DNA of 64,000 nucleotides from an uncultured bacterium. GTDB lineage: Bacteria; Bacillota_I; Bacilli_A; RFN20; CAG-826. The stretch is from the NCBI GenBank assembly GCA_949299165.1, contig CASFZJ010000001.1:67504-131503 (forward strand). Direction: 5' to 3'. The notes below the pieces were generated by a model. It did not search any database. It was not told where the DNA came from and worked only from the letters and a program-made list of their open reading frames with translations. Shown one piece after another: positions 43,108 through 52,466 of the stretch (position 1 is its first letter; the number at the start of each line of letters is the position of its first letter). A program made the translations under genes and the position numbers.

Positions 43108-44571
43108 CTAAATCAATGTAAAATTTAAAAAATCAAAATTAGAATTATCGGCACATTCAAAAATAAATTCAATTTTTAACTTAGAATAAGATAACGAATT
43201 TAATCTTATTTCATATTTTTTCCAATTTATTGAAGAAGAAATTTTAATTTCTGAAACAATATCTTCGTTAAGTTTAATTTTAAGATTAGCTTCGCCATAT
43301 CCTCTAACTTCAAGTTTAATTTTATTTAATTTTTCAACATGAAAATACATAAAACGAACAACACTATTTAAAGTTAAATTCGTTATAAAGTATTCATCTT
43401 TTTTAAATCTAATATATGGTGAATTAGATTTTCGGCCTCGTTTAACACAACCACTATTTTCATTAAATAAGGCACATTCTCTAACTGCTTCATATTTTCC
43501 TTTTCCAAGATAATTTGTGATGCCGCTTGTTGTCATCTCAGCTTGATTAAAAGAGCCATCCTTATTCATCGTGATTTTTTCAGCGTAGCACCATCTTTCA
43601 AAATTCGATTGATTAGTTAAACGATGATAAAAAACATAATATTCATCTTTTATTTTTTCAACTGAGCCATGAATTGTGCCAACATTATCTTCATAAACTT
43701 TGTTGCCTTTATATCCAATATTTCCAGAAGAGATAACTACACCTCGATAAACAAAATCTCTATCCGGATATTTACTAGTAGCATAAGCAAGTTCACCATT
43801 TTCATTAGATGAGTAAATTAAATAATATGTATCGTTAAATTTTCTGATTGATGGTGCTTCATAAAACGCGTGATTGTATAATTCTGTTCCTTTTTTGGCA
43901 CTTGTTTTAGAATTTAAAACCGATTTTGGTTCACATAAAACAGTTAACATATCACTAGGATCAATTTCAACAAAGGCACAATCTAAAATTGATGGATGAG
44001 TATTTTTAATTTCTTTTACACTTCTTCCTGAAATTTTAGAAAGTACAAAATTATAAAGTGGTCTTAAAACCTTGCTTGAAAAATCTCTTCCTAGTCCCCA
44101 TCCATAATAAAGATAAATTCTTCCATTATCATTAAGAACGGCTGGATCATTATTTAAAAATTTTAATACTGGTGCACCATCTTTATATCTTAAATCACCT
44201 AGATATTTAAATGGTCCATCAGGTGTTTTACTAACTGCAACAGAGATAGGACCAAAGTTTTTAGTATTTGGCCCCATCGCTGAATAATATAAATAATATT
44301 TCCCATCATTTCCCTTCACACAATCTGGAGCGTAATAATCAACAAGTTTTGTTTTGTCGATAGCATGTGGATCTTCTTTTTTAGAATAACTAATTTTATC
44401 CGCAACAAACTCATTAAGATTATTAACTTTAGCATGATAGAAAACATAATCTTCCATGCAGAATCTATCTCCACCTTTTTTATCGTGCGAGCCATAGAGA
44501 TAAACTTCATCATCAAAGACATGTGCTTCTACATCAGGAATATATGTGTCAAATTTTAATAATGGATTCAT
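43108..44571 (-). CDS. GH43 xylosidase/arabinosidase with C-terminal CBM6-like domain
   Basis: IPDVEAHVF, YLYGSHD, YAPD, DPAVL.D, FYEAPSIRK, HGS. Confidence 0.9.
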   Translation of the reverse strand: MNPLLKFDTYIPDVEAHVFDDEVYLYGSHDKKGGDRFCMEDYVFYHAKVNNLNEFVADKISYSKKEDPHAIDKTKLVDYYAPDCVKGNDGKYYLYYSAMGPNTKNFGPISVAVSKTPDGPFKYLGDLRYKDGAPVLKFLNNDPAVLNDNGRIYLYYGWGLGRDFSSKVLRPLYNFVLSKISGRSVKEIKNTHPSILDCAFVEIDPSDMLTVLCEPKSVLNSKTSAKKGTELYNHAFYEAPSIRKFNDTYYLIYSSNENGELAYATSKYPDRDFVYRGVVISSGNIGYKGNKVYEDNVGTIHGSVEKIKDEYYVFYHRLTNQSNFERWCYAEKITMNKDGSFNQAEMTTSGITNYLGKGKYEAVRECALFNENSGCVKRGRKSNSPYIRFKKDEYFITNLTLNSVVRFMYFHVEKLNKIKLEVRGYGEANLKIKLNEDIVSEIKISSSINWKKYEIRLNSLSYSKLKIEFIFECADNSNFDFLNFTLI

Positions 44572-44577
44572 ATTAAT

Positions 44578-46308
44578 TTACTTTCTTTTACTTTCTTCTT
44601 TTGCTTTAGCTTTTAAAACTTTTTTGTCAATTTTAGCTTGTTTTTTGGCTTCTTTAATTCTAACTTTTTCAAGATATTTATTGTTTTCAATTTCAAAATC
44701 TAAGCCTTTTCTTTCACAATATGCTTTAAGATCTTTTACTCTATTTTCTTCGTAAATTCTCTTAGCCTCAATATCTTCAAGTCGAGCTCTTTCTTCTGGT
44801 TCAATCCAAACTTTTCCAGCATCAAGCGTTTCTTGTTTTTGACGTCTAGTAAGTTCCATGTTCATAAAATCAATATTCTTTTCAACTGTAACAAATGGAA
44901 GAAGAACAATAAAGGCTGCCGAAACAATAATATCAACTCCATAAAAACATAAACCCATAAAGTTAGTAATCTCTTCAGTAGGCACAAATTCTGCAGTATC
45001 TTGAAATCCCATTTGAAGTAATGAAGATTCATAACCTCCAGCAAATGGGGCTGAAATTGCAACAGTTACGCCTGAAAAAATCAATGCTGCAAGTAAGCCT
45101 TCAGCTCTAAATCCATTTCTAAATTCAACGTGATCAAAAGCAAAACAGGTAAGAGTAGCAAAAATATAAGCATTTGGAAGTTGACCAATTTGTCTAATAA
45201 AACCACCAACAAGAGCAAGAGGCATATTAGATGGGGCAATAATGCCCATTACACTTCCAATAAAGAATAAGATATAACCAATTAAAGTAACGTTTTTAAC
45301 ACCATATTTTTTAGCAAGTGGATAGATTGCAAAAGCGCCAATTCCAAGTGGGACACCAGTTATGATTTGATAAAGCGAAAACATTGCCCCATTCTCTTGT
45401 CCACCAAGAAGATATTTAATGTAATAATATTGAACATTTCCACCCTTAAAATTATCACTAATTGTAATAATTGTTGTAAGGATAAATAAAATAATGAAAT
45501 ATTTGTCTTTAAGTAAAGCTTTAAATTGCGTTTTCAAAGGAATCTTATTGACATCTTTATTTGTTTCCTCAGTTTCTTGATCGATGATTCTTTCTTTAGT
45601 GAAATAATATTCCATAAAGAATAAAGGCACAGCGATAACTGATAAAATAATCATTAAGATTGGGTAACCATTAATATCGTGGTCAAGCCAAAAAGGTAAA
45701 ACAACTGAATTAACAAGTAAACCAATTAAGATACCACTAATTAAGGTCCAACATAATTTTCTAAAGAATGTTAATTGAGTTTTTTCGATTTTATTATGCG
45801 TTGATAAGGAAACAATATTATCTCTAAAAAGATTGAAATATTGTTGGCAGATAACGCTATAAACAATAAACATTGTAAAGAAATAACCCCAATAGGAATC
45901 TCCAAGTACATTTCCTGGGAAAAGGAACATTAAGCAACAAACGATTAATGTTAAAATTCCTGCAAAGAAATAAATTGGTCTAAATCTACCAAATTTAGAT
46001 GGGATTTTTTCAATAACATAACCAACAGCAATACTAAATACAACGGCACAAATCTTAGTTATCGTCATAATGATTTCATAAGTTGTACCAATTGAAGATA
46101 ATCCTGCTTCATTACCTGCAAAAATAATTGCTGATTGTTGTAAAAAGAATTTTTCAACAAGAGCCGCGACAGTGTTTACAACAAGAATTAAACCTAAAGG
46201 ACCAACTAAATGTCCTAAATATTTTTCTTTTTTAGAAACACCAGTAGTATTAACTTTACTGCCTAAAAGTCGCGATAAAAAACCAGTTTTTTTCGTAGCT
46301 TGTTCCAT
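44578..46308 (-). CDS. GPH-family (MFS_2) symporter with charged C-tail
   Basis: About 12 TM; SKFGRFRP, FDHVEFRNGFRAEG; about 100-aa charged tail. Confidence 0.87.
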   Translation of the reverse strand: MEQATKKTGFLSRLLGSKVNTTGVSKKEKYLGHLVGPLGLILVVNTVAALVEKFFLQQSAIIFAGNEAGLSSIGTTYEIIMTITKICAVVFSIAVGYVIEKIPSKFGRFRPIYFFAGILTLIVCCLMFLFPGNVLGDSYWGYFFTMFIVYSVICQQYFNLFRDNIVSLSTHNKIEKTQLTFFRKLCWTLISGILIGLLVNSVVLPFWLDHDINGYPILMIILSVIAVPLFFMEYYFTKERIIDQETEETNKDVNKIPLKTQFKALLKDKYFIILFILTTIITISDNFKGGNVQYYYIKYLLGGQENGAMFSLYQIITGVPLGIGAFAIYPLAKKYGVKNVTLIGYILFFIGSVMGIIAPSNMPLALVGGFIRQIGQLPNAYIFATLTCFAFDHVEFRNGFRAEGLLAALIFSGVTVAISAPFAGGYESSLLQMGFQDTAEFVPTEEITNFMGLCFYGVDIIVSAAFIVLLPFVTVEKNIDFMNMELTRRQKQETLDAGKVWIEPEERARLEDIEAKRIYEENRVKDLKAYCERKGLDFEIENNKYLEKVRIKEAKKQAKIDKKVLKAKAKEESKRK

Positions 46309-46311
46309 AAA

Positions 46312-47613
46312 TTATTCCTCTAACTTCTTGCCACTTGTGGCAATAATATCTTTATAATAATAGGCACTATCTTTAAAATATCTTTCTTCATTTTTATAAT
46401 CAACATAGACTAATCCAAAGCGAGGTTCATATCCTTCAGCCCGTTCAAAATTATCCATAAATGACCAATATGAATAGCCCAATACTGGCACACCTTCATT
46501 AATTGCTCTTTCTAAATTAACTAGATATTCTTTAATATATCTAATTCTTTCTTCATCATGGACTTTACCTTCTTTTAACTCTTCTTTTAAAGGTAATCCA
46601 TTTTCAGTAATCATAAGCGGCATATGATATCTCTCGTAAACAAAACGAGTTAACCAATATAATCCTTTACCATTATTTTCCCATCCAAGCATATTAGTCC
46701 ATTCATAGGTTGGTTTTTCTTTAGAAGTATAATCAACAAAAGGGGCGTAGTTATTTAAACCAATAAAATCTAAAGGTTCATAACATTCTTCACAAGTTTT
46801 CTTTGAAACTCGATAAATTCCATAAACTTTTGCAGGCTTTTTAGCCAAAATTGGGTCTAAAAACCAAGTATTTGCCAGTATTCCACTTGGTGTTTCAAAA
46901 GTAATTTGTCTTGCTTTTTCAATGTCTTCTTTCGATTCGGTTTCAGGAACTTTTGGACTTGTTGCAAAACTTAAACCAACAAGAGGCTTTTCTTTTGCAT
47001 ATTTTCTAATTGCTCTTGTAACAGCGGCATTAGCATGGAAAAAGTTACGACTAATTTTAGAAATTAATAATGGGTTTTTAATAAATGGGGCATGAACTCC
47101 TTGAACATATCCATTAAATAAGAAACAAGATGGTTCGTTAAAAGTAATCCAATATTTAACTCTATCACTGAGTTTTTCTACTACAGCTTTAGCATAAATC
47201 TCAAAATATTTAACAACTTTTCTTGTTCTCCATCCGCCCATTTCATATAGCCAAAAAGGCATGTCCCAATGGTATAAAGTAACAATTGGCTCAATTCCAT
47301 TAGCGAGTAATTCATCGACTAATTTTGAATAAAACTCAAGTCCTCTTTCATTTATTTCATCATATAGAGGCATAATTCGCGACATATTGATTGAAAAACG
47401 GTACGACTTAACTCCTAACTCCTTTAAAAGAGCAACATCTTTTTTATAAAGATGGTAGTGATCACAAGCGATTTTTGCATTCTCATTATTTTTAATTTTA
47501 CCTTCAGGCAAACAATCCCGGATGCTTAAACATTTTCCATCTTCATCATATGCTCCTTCAATTTGGGTTGCCGAAGTTGAAACACCCCACAAAAAATCTT
47601 TTGGAAATGACAT
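46312..47613 (-). CDS. beta-glucosidase (GH1)
   Basis: FLWGVSTSATQIEG, DHYH, YRFS, TLYHWD, TFNEP, ITENG, DNFE(W)AEGY..RFG. Confidence 0.95.
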   Translation of the reverse strand: MSFPKDFLWGVSTSATQIEGAYDEDGKCLSIRDCLPEGKIKNNENAKIACDHYHLYKKDVALLKELGVKSYRFSINMSRIMPLYDEINERGLEFYSKLVDELLANGIEPIVTLYHWDMPFWLYEMGGWRTRKVVKYFEIYAKAVVEKLSDRVKYWITFNEPSCFLFNGYVQGVHAPFIKNPLLISKISRNFFHANAAVTRAIRKYAKEKPLVGLSFATSPKVPETESKEDIEKARQITFETPSGILANTWFLDPILAKKPAKVYGIYRVSKKTCEECYEPLDFIGLNNYAPFVDYTSKEKPTYEWTNMLGWENNGKGLYWLTRFVYERYHMPLMITENGLPLKEELKEGKVHDEERIRYIKEYLVNLERAINEGVPVLGYSYWSFMDNFERAEGYEPRFGLVYVDYKNEERYFKDSAYYYKDIIATSGKKLEE

Positions 47614-47615
47614 AT

Positions 47616-50060
47616 TTAAAACTCCTTATTTATTTCACTATTAAGCACTGCATCAAGTACATATTTTGCATTGTTTAATAGATCTTGACGTGTTAATTTA
47701 CCAGTCTTTAAATCTTTTAAAAGTTCTTTTTTAACTTTCTTGTCCCCTGGCATAATTAAATTATTTCCAGCTTTTAAAGCAAGATAATGTGAACAGCTAT
47801 AAGTTGCGTTCCAATCTGAGATAATAAGCCCATTATAATTAAGTTCGTTACGTAAATATTCAGTTAATAATGTTTTAGAATTAACGACATATTCCCCATT
47901 TACCCTATTATATGAACTCATTAAAGCGAGTGGATGCGACTTTTTAATGATTAATTCAAATGTTTTAAGATAAATTTCTCTTAAAGCTCTTTCACTGACA
48001 TTAGCACTAACTGTCGTTCGATAATTTTCTTCGTTATTGCAGCAAAAATGTTTGATTGTTACACCAACTCCTCCGCTTTCTTGAACACCTCTAACAAGAG
48101 AAGAAGCAATTTCACTTGTTAAAACTGGATCTTCTGAATAATATTCAAAATTTCTTCCACAAAGTGGGTTGCGGTGAACATTTACGCCTGGAGCAAGCCA
48201 AAAACTTACACCAAATTTAAGCATTTCTTTTCCGACAGCATTTCCAACTTTATAAACTAAATCTTTATTAAATGTTTGAGCAAGTAAAGTTTCACAAGGA
48301 AAAGCGGTTGCGTAGTTATAAACTTTGGTTACTTTTTTGCTTTTTGTAATGAAGAATTTCCCATATTTTTTAAGCCAACCCCATTGCCAATCTTTAGGTA
48401 ATTCATCAATATATCTCATTCCACCATTTTTTGTGTAAGCAACTTTTTGAATAACATTAATTCCGGCAGGTCCATCACTTAAACAAATATTAGGAATTCC
48501 TTTTTTAAGAAGATCACTAGTCGTTCTTCCTGCAGCGCCCATAGCACGGTTATAATATTTCCCACCATATCCACCACCAATAACGAGTTTAATTAATTCT
48601 TTATCACTTAATTTATTAAAGATTTTCAAAACTTTTGAAAAATCTTTCTTTTCGTTTTCAATATCTTTACTTAATTCTTTTATAGTAATTGTTTTAACAT
48701 TTTCAAAATTTTCTCTATCTGTTTTAACACTTAAATCTTCAAACTTTTTATTAGCCTTTCCAACGTTTTTTACAGTCTTTAAAACAAAGTCTTTTTCAAG
48801 TTTTAAGTTTAAAATTGCTTTTAAATTTTCGCTCGAATTTGAGAAAAACACTGCAAAAGTGCCTTTTTCTAATAAATATTCTGATCTTTCTTCATCAAAA
48901 ACACCAAAATCTTTTAAGTCAAATGAGGTCTCTAAAACACATTCTTCCCCTGGATTTAAAAGTGGAGTTTTTTCAAAAGTAGCAAGTGCATATTTTTCAA
49001 CAGTTAGCTTATTTTCAGGCTTAGAAAGATAAAGCTCAACAACTTCTTTTCCACTATATTTTGTACCTATATTTTTAACTTTAAATTTCAAATTAATTTT
49101 TGAATTTTCAATCTTTTCACTTAAATATTCAATATCAAAATTTGTATAAGATAAACCATATCCAAAAGGATATAAAGGTTTAATATTCATTTTATTAAAA
49201 TAACGATATCCAACAAAAATTCCTTCTTTATAGTTATCTTCACTTGAATCTTTTCTTAAATAAGAAAATGTTTCATGTGTTGGATAATCTTCGTATTTTT
49301 TGCCCCATGTGTCAGCAAGTTTTCCACTTGGGCTTACTTTCCCTGAAAGAATTTCACCAAGTGCGTTGCCTGTTTCTTCTCCTGCAAGAGACAAATAAAC
49401 AATTGCATCAATATCTTTTTCTTCTTCTATAAAAGAAAGATCAATAATACTACCTGCATTAATGATTAAGACAAAATTTTTATAATGTGATGCACATTCA
49501 TGAATATTATATCTTTCAATATCAGTTAAATAATAATCGCCTTTTTTGAGCTCGCGGTCTTTACCTTCGCCTGCTTGACGTGACAAAACATAAACACAAG
49601 TATCACAATCAACTAAATCTTCTTTTTCAATTTTTGTTGCTGTTGGATATTCTAAATGTTGTTCACCAATATAGATAAACATTTGCATTGTTTGGAAAAC
49701 ATTAAACTTTTTAATGTTCTCTTCAATGTTTTCTGTAAATTTTCTCTTTTTTTCATTGTAGTCGTCATCAAAAGAATTAATCCATTTTGTTGAGAGAATT
49801 TCGAAATCGTTATTTTTGAGTCCATCAAAAATATTCACACTATATCTTTCTCTAACATCTCCACTTCCGCTTCCGCCTTTAATGGTCATTTTTGCTCCAT
49901 TTCCATAAAGGGCAATTTTTTTATCTTTTAATGGCAAAACATCGTTATCATTTTTAAGTAAAACAATGCCCTCTAGAGCGGCTTCTTTAGCAATAGCTCG
50001 ATTTACTTTTTCAAGCTCGCTTTCTTCTGGTGTCCTATACCCATAGCATTTAAATTTCAT
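47616..50060 (-). CDS. GH3 beta-glucosidase with inverted domain order
   Basis: Begins with the C-domain signature (AALEGIVLLKN, GGSGSG, SRQAGEG); the barrel motifs [29 protein letters not shown] lie in the C-terminal third. Confidence 0.92.
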   Translation of the reverse strand: MKFKCYGYRTPEESELEKVNRAIAKEAALEGIVLLKNDNDVLPLKDKKIALYGNGAKMTIKGGSGSGDVRERYSVNIFDGLKNNDFEILSTKWINSFDDDYNEKKRKFTENIEENIKKFNVFQTMQMFIYIGEQHLEYPTATKIEKEDLVDCDTCVYVLSRQAGEGKDRELKKGDYYLTDIERYNIHECASHYKNFVLIINAGSIIDLSFIEEEKDIDAIVYLSLAGEETGNALGEILSGKVSPSGKLADTWGKKYEDYPTHETFSYLRKDSSEDNYKEGIFVGYRYFNKMNIKPLYPFGYGLSYTNFDIEYLSEKIENSKINLKFKVKNIGTKYSGKEVVELYLSKPENKLTVEKYALATFEKTPLLNPGEECVLETSFDLKDFGVFDEERSEYLLEKGTFAVFFSNSSENLKAILNLKLEKDFVLKTVKNVGKANKKFEDLSVKTDRENFENVKTITIKELSKDIENEKKDFSKVLKIFNKLSDKELIKLVIGGGYGGKYYNRAMGAAGRTTSDLLKKGIPNICLSDGPAGINVIQKVAYTKNGGMRYIDELPKDWQWGWLKKYGKFFITKSKKVTKVYNYATAFPCETLLAQTFNKDLVYKVGNAVGKEMLKFGVSFWLAPGVNVHRNPLCGRNFEYYSEDPVLTSEIASSLVRGVQESGGVGVTIKHFCCNNEENYRTTVSANVSERALREIYLKTFELIIKKSHPLALMSSYNRVNGEYVVNSKTLLTEYLRNELNYNGLIISDWNATYSCSHYLALKAGNNLIMPGDKKVKKELLKDLKTGKLTRQDLLNNAKYVLDAVLNSEINKEF

Positions 50061-52384
50061 GGTCTTACCTCAACTTTCAATGTTTTTATTTCAGTGATTT
50101 TATTTTCGATTTTAATTGTTCCTACTTTTTCTTTAGAATCTGTTGCTTTAATAAAGGCAACTAATCTCCCTTGATAGGTTTTGAATGTATCACTTAAATA
50201 CGATTCATTAGTTACTGTAATTGCACTACCTAGCGCCATAAGTTTTAAGTTTTCACTTGTTTTGATCTTGATTGGAGTCTCAATTGTTGGATAAATTAAT
50301 CCATTTTCATCAACAAATTCCATTTCAACAATTAAGATATCTTTGCTTTTAACACTAAGTGCATCTTTAGAAAGTTTCACATCAAGAAATTTCTTTTTAC
50401 CTGTTACCATTTCTGAACGAGATATTTCTTTATTATTTTTATCTAAAGCAATAGCTTTTATTTTTCCTTTTTTGTATTTAGTTTTAAATTTAACTTTAGA
50501 ATCTTTTAATTTCTTTGTTCCTATTTCTTTATCATTTATTAAGAGTTTAATTTTATAAGCAGATGAATATATTTCAACTTCGCATTTCTTATTTTCGTAA
50601 CCTTCGAAGTTATAAGAAGCAACACTATTTGTAAATCGCCAAGCGCTCTTAAAGGGTACTTCCTTAAAATGATTCACTTGCGATAAATAGATTTTTGGCT
50701 TGACTATTTTATTCCAAATTGTGTCAATATATCCCATTTCTGCATTGTTTTTGTATGAAAAGTCTATACAACCTGCACCTGCAAGTAATGGCAAACCAGT
50801 ATAAGAATAATAGCGATAATCATTACTTGTTGCTTCACCTAAATAATCAATTCCGCTCCATATAAAATCACCAATAACATTTGGATATTTATATGAACTT
50901 TCATAATTTAAATTAATGTGTTTGATCATGGTTTCACTACCATACATAAGTCGATTAGGATATTTTTTAGAATCTAGTGCGTAGCGAGTTGTCCCATAAT
51001 TTAAGCCAATTATATCAATGATATTAGCAACATCATTCGCTATTTTTTCAGCCATTTTTGATTTAGCTAGCAAGAACATTAACCAACCTAATTTTTGCAT
51101 AAGTGAATTAAAGAAAGCTGAACCATTTTTCTTTTCCTTATTTCCTTTTTTTAGATCGGCTAACGGCTTTTCTTCGTATTCCCCTTTATCTTTATAAACA
51201 CCTATCCCAAATTTGTAATACATCGCAATTAAAAGATTAACGCCACAAGTTGTATATCTTGTATCATCTAACTTTTTAACTATATCATGCATATTTTTTA
51301 GGATTTTTAAGCCTTTTTTAGTCGCAATTTCGCTTAATTCGTTACCAAATGAATACATAATAACTGAAGGGTGATTTAAATCTTTTTCAACCATTCTAGT
51401 TATTGTTTCTTCGTAAGTTTCATCAAAAATTCTTGCATTATCATGGTAATTTTTAGGGATGAACCATCCATCAAAAGCTTCATCAATCACAAGCATTCCA
51501 ACTTCATCACAAACATCCAAGAATAATTTTGAAGCAGGGTTATGAGCAGCTCTAATTGCATTAAATCCATTATTTTTTAAAGTCATTACTTTTTTATATT
51601 CAATATCTTTAAATGAAGCTGCGCCTAAAAATTCATTATCCGAATGGAGACATGCCCCTTTTAAAATGATTCTTTCACCATTTATAAATATACCTTTTTG
51701 AGAGACGCCTTCAATTTGTCTAACCCCAAATCTCGTTTCAATTTCATCAAATTTAGTTTTAACAACAATTTTATAAAGTTTTGGATTGTTTAAATTCCAT
51801 AAACTAATATTTGGAAGTTTAATTCTTTTTTCGTTTCCTTTATAAATGAGATTATTTTCATCAAAAATTTCGTAATTGTAGTTTTCTTTTGTATCAACTA
51901 AAACTTCAATCTCTTTTTCTTTATAGTTAATTGTTTTAACAAAGATGTTTTTAATTTCATTTTTCTTTTTGTTAATTAATTCAACATCACGATATATTCC
52001 ACTTCCTGTATACCAACGACAATTAGGAATGAGAGAATTATCAGCGATAACATCAATCACATTATGTTTTTGAGGTTTAAATTCAACATAAAAATCACTA
52101 AATCCATTTTTATGAACGATTTTAGTTTCGCCATTTATAATGACGGTTGCTTTTTTATATACACCGTTAAAATGAAGAGCGAAATAATCATCGAAAGCGC
52201 TTTCATCAAGGTCAAAAAATTTTTGATAATGGTAAATTCCACCAGAAAAATAGCTTCCTTCATCACTATTTGGAGAAGTTTTGTATCTTTTTTCGCCAAG
52301 CATTAAATCAAATGGTACTTCAACCGCTCTCTTTTCGCCATTTTTTTTGATTAAAAACCAATTATCATTAAATTTTTCAACCAT
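50057..52384 (-). CDS. GH2 glycoside hydrolase (beta-galactosidase/glucuronidase-like)
   Basis: RWYTGSGIYR, FGVR, KGACLH, NAIRAAHNP, CDEVGMLV.DE, NHPSVIMYSFGNE, GSET, GDFIWSGIDYLGE. Confidence 0.92.
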   Translation of the reverse strand: MVEKFNDNWFLIKKNGEKRAVEVPFDLMLGEKRYKTSPNSDEGSYFSGGIYHYQKFFDLDESAFDDYFALHFNGVYKKATVIINGETKIVHKNGFSDFYVEFKPQKHNVIDVIADNSLIPNCRWYTGSGIYRDVELINKKKNEIKNIFVKTINYKEKEIEVLVDTKENYNYEIFDENNLIYKGNEKRIKLPNISLWNLNNPKLYKIVVKTKFDEIETRFGVRQIEGVSQKGIFINGERIILKGACLHSDNEFLGAASFKDIEYKKVMTLKNNGFNAIRAAHNPASKLFLDVCDEVGMLVIDEAFDGWFIPKNYHDNARIFDETYEETITRMVEKDLNHPSVIMYSFGNELSEIATKKGLKILKNMHDIVKKLDDTRYTTCGVNLLIAMYYKFGIGVYKDKGEYEEKPLADLKKGNKEKKNGSAFFNSLMQKLGWLMFLLAKSKMAEKIANDVANIIDIIGLNYGTTRYALDSKKYPNRLMYGSETMIKHINLNYESSYKYPNVIGDFIWSGIDYLGEATSNDYRYYSYTGLPLLAGAGCIDFSYKNNAEMGYIDTIWNKIVKPKIYLSQVNHFKEVPFKSAWRFTNSVASYNFEGYENKKCEVEIYSSAYKIKLLINDKEIGTKKLKDSKVKFKTKYKKGKIKAIALDKNNKEISRSEMVTGKKKFLDVKLSKDALSVKSKDILIVEMEFVDENGLIYPTIETPIKIKTSENLKLMALGSAITVTNESYLSDTFKTYQGRLVAFIKATDSKEKVGTIKIENKITEIKTLKVEVRP

Positions 52385-52466
52385 AAACTATTTCTCCGAT
52401 AATAGATTAAACGATAAATTATCAAGAATATTGTAATTTTATTCAATTTATTGTAAATTAATACAA

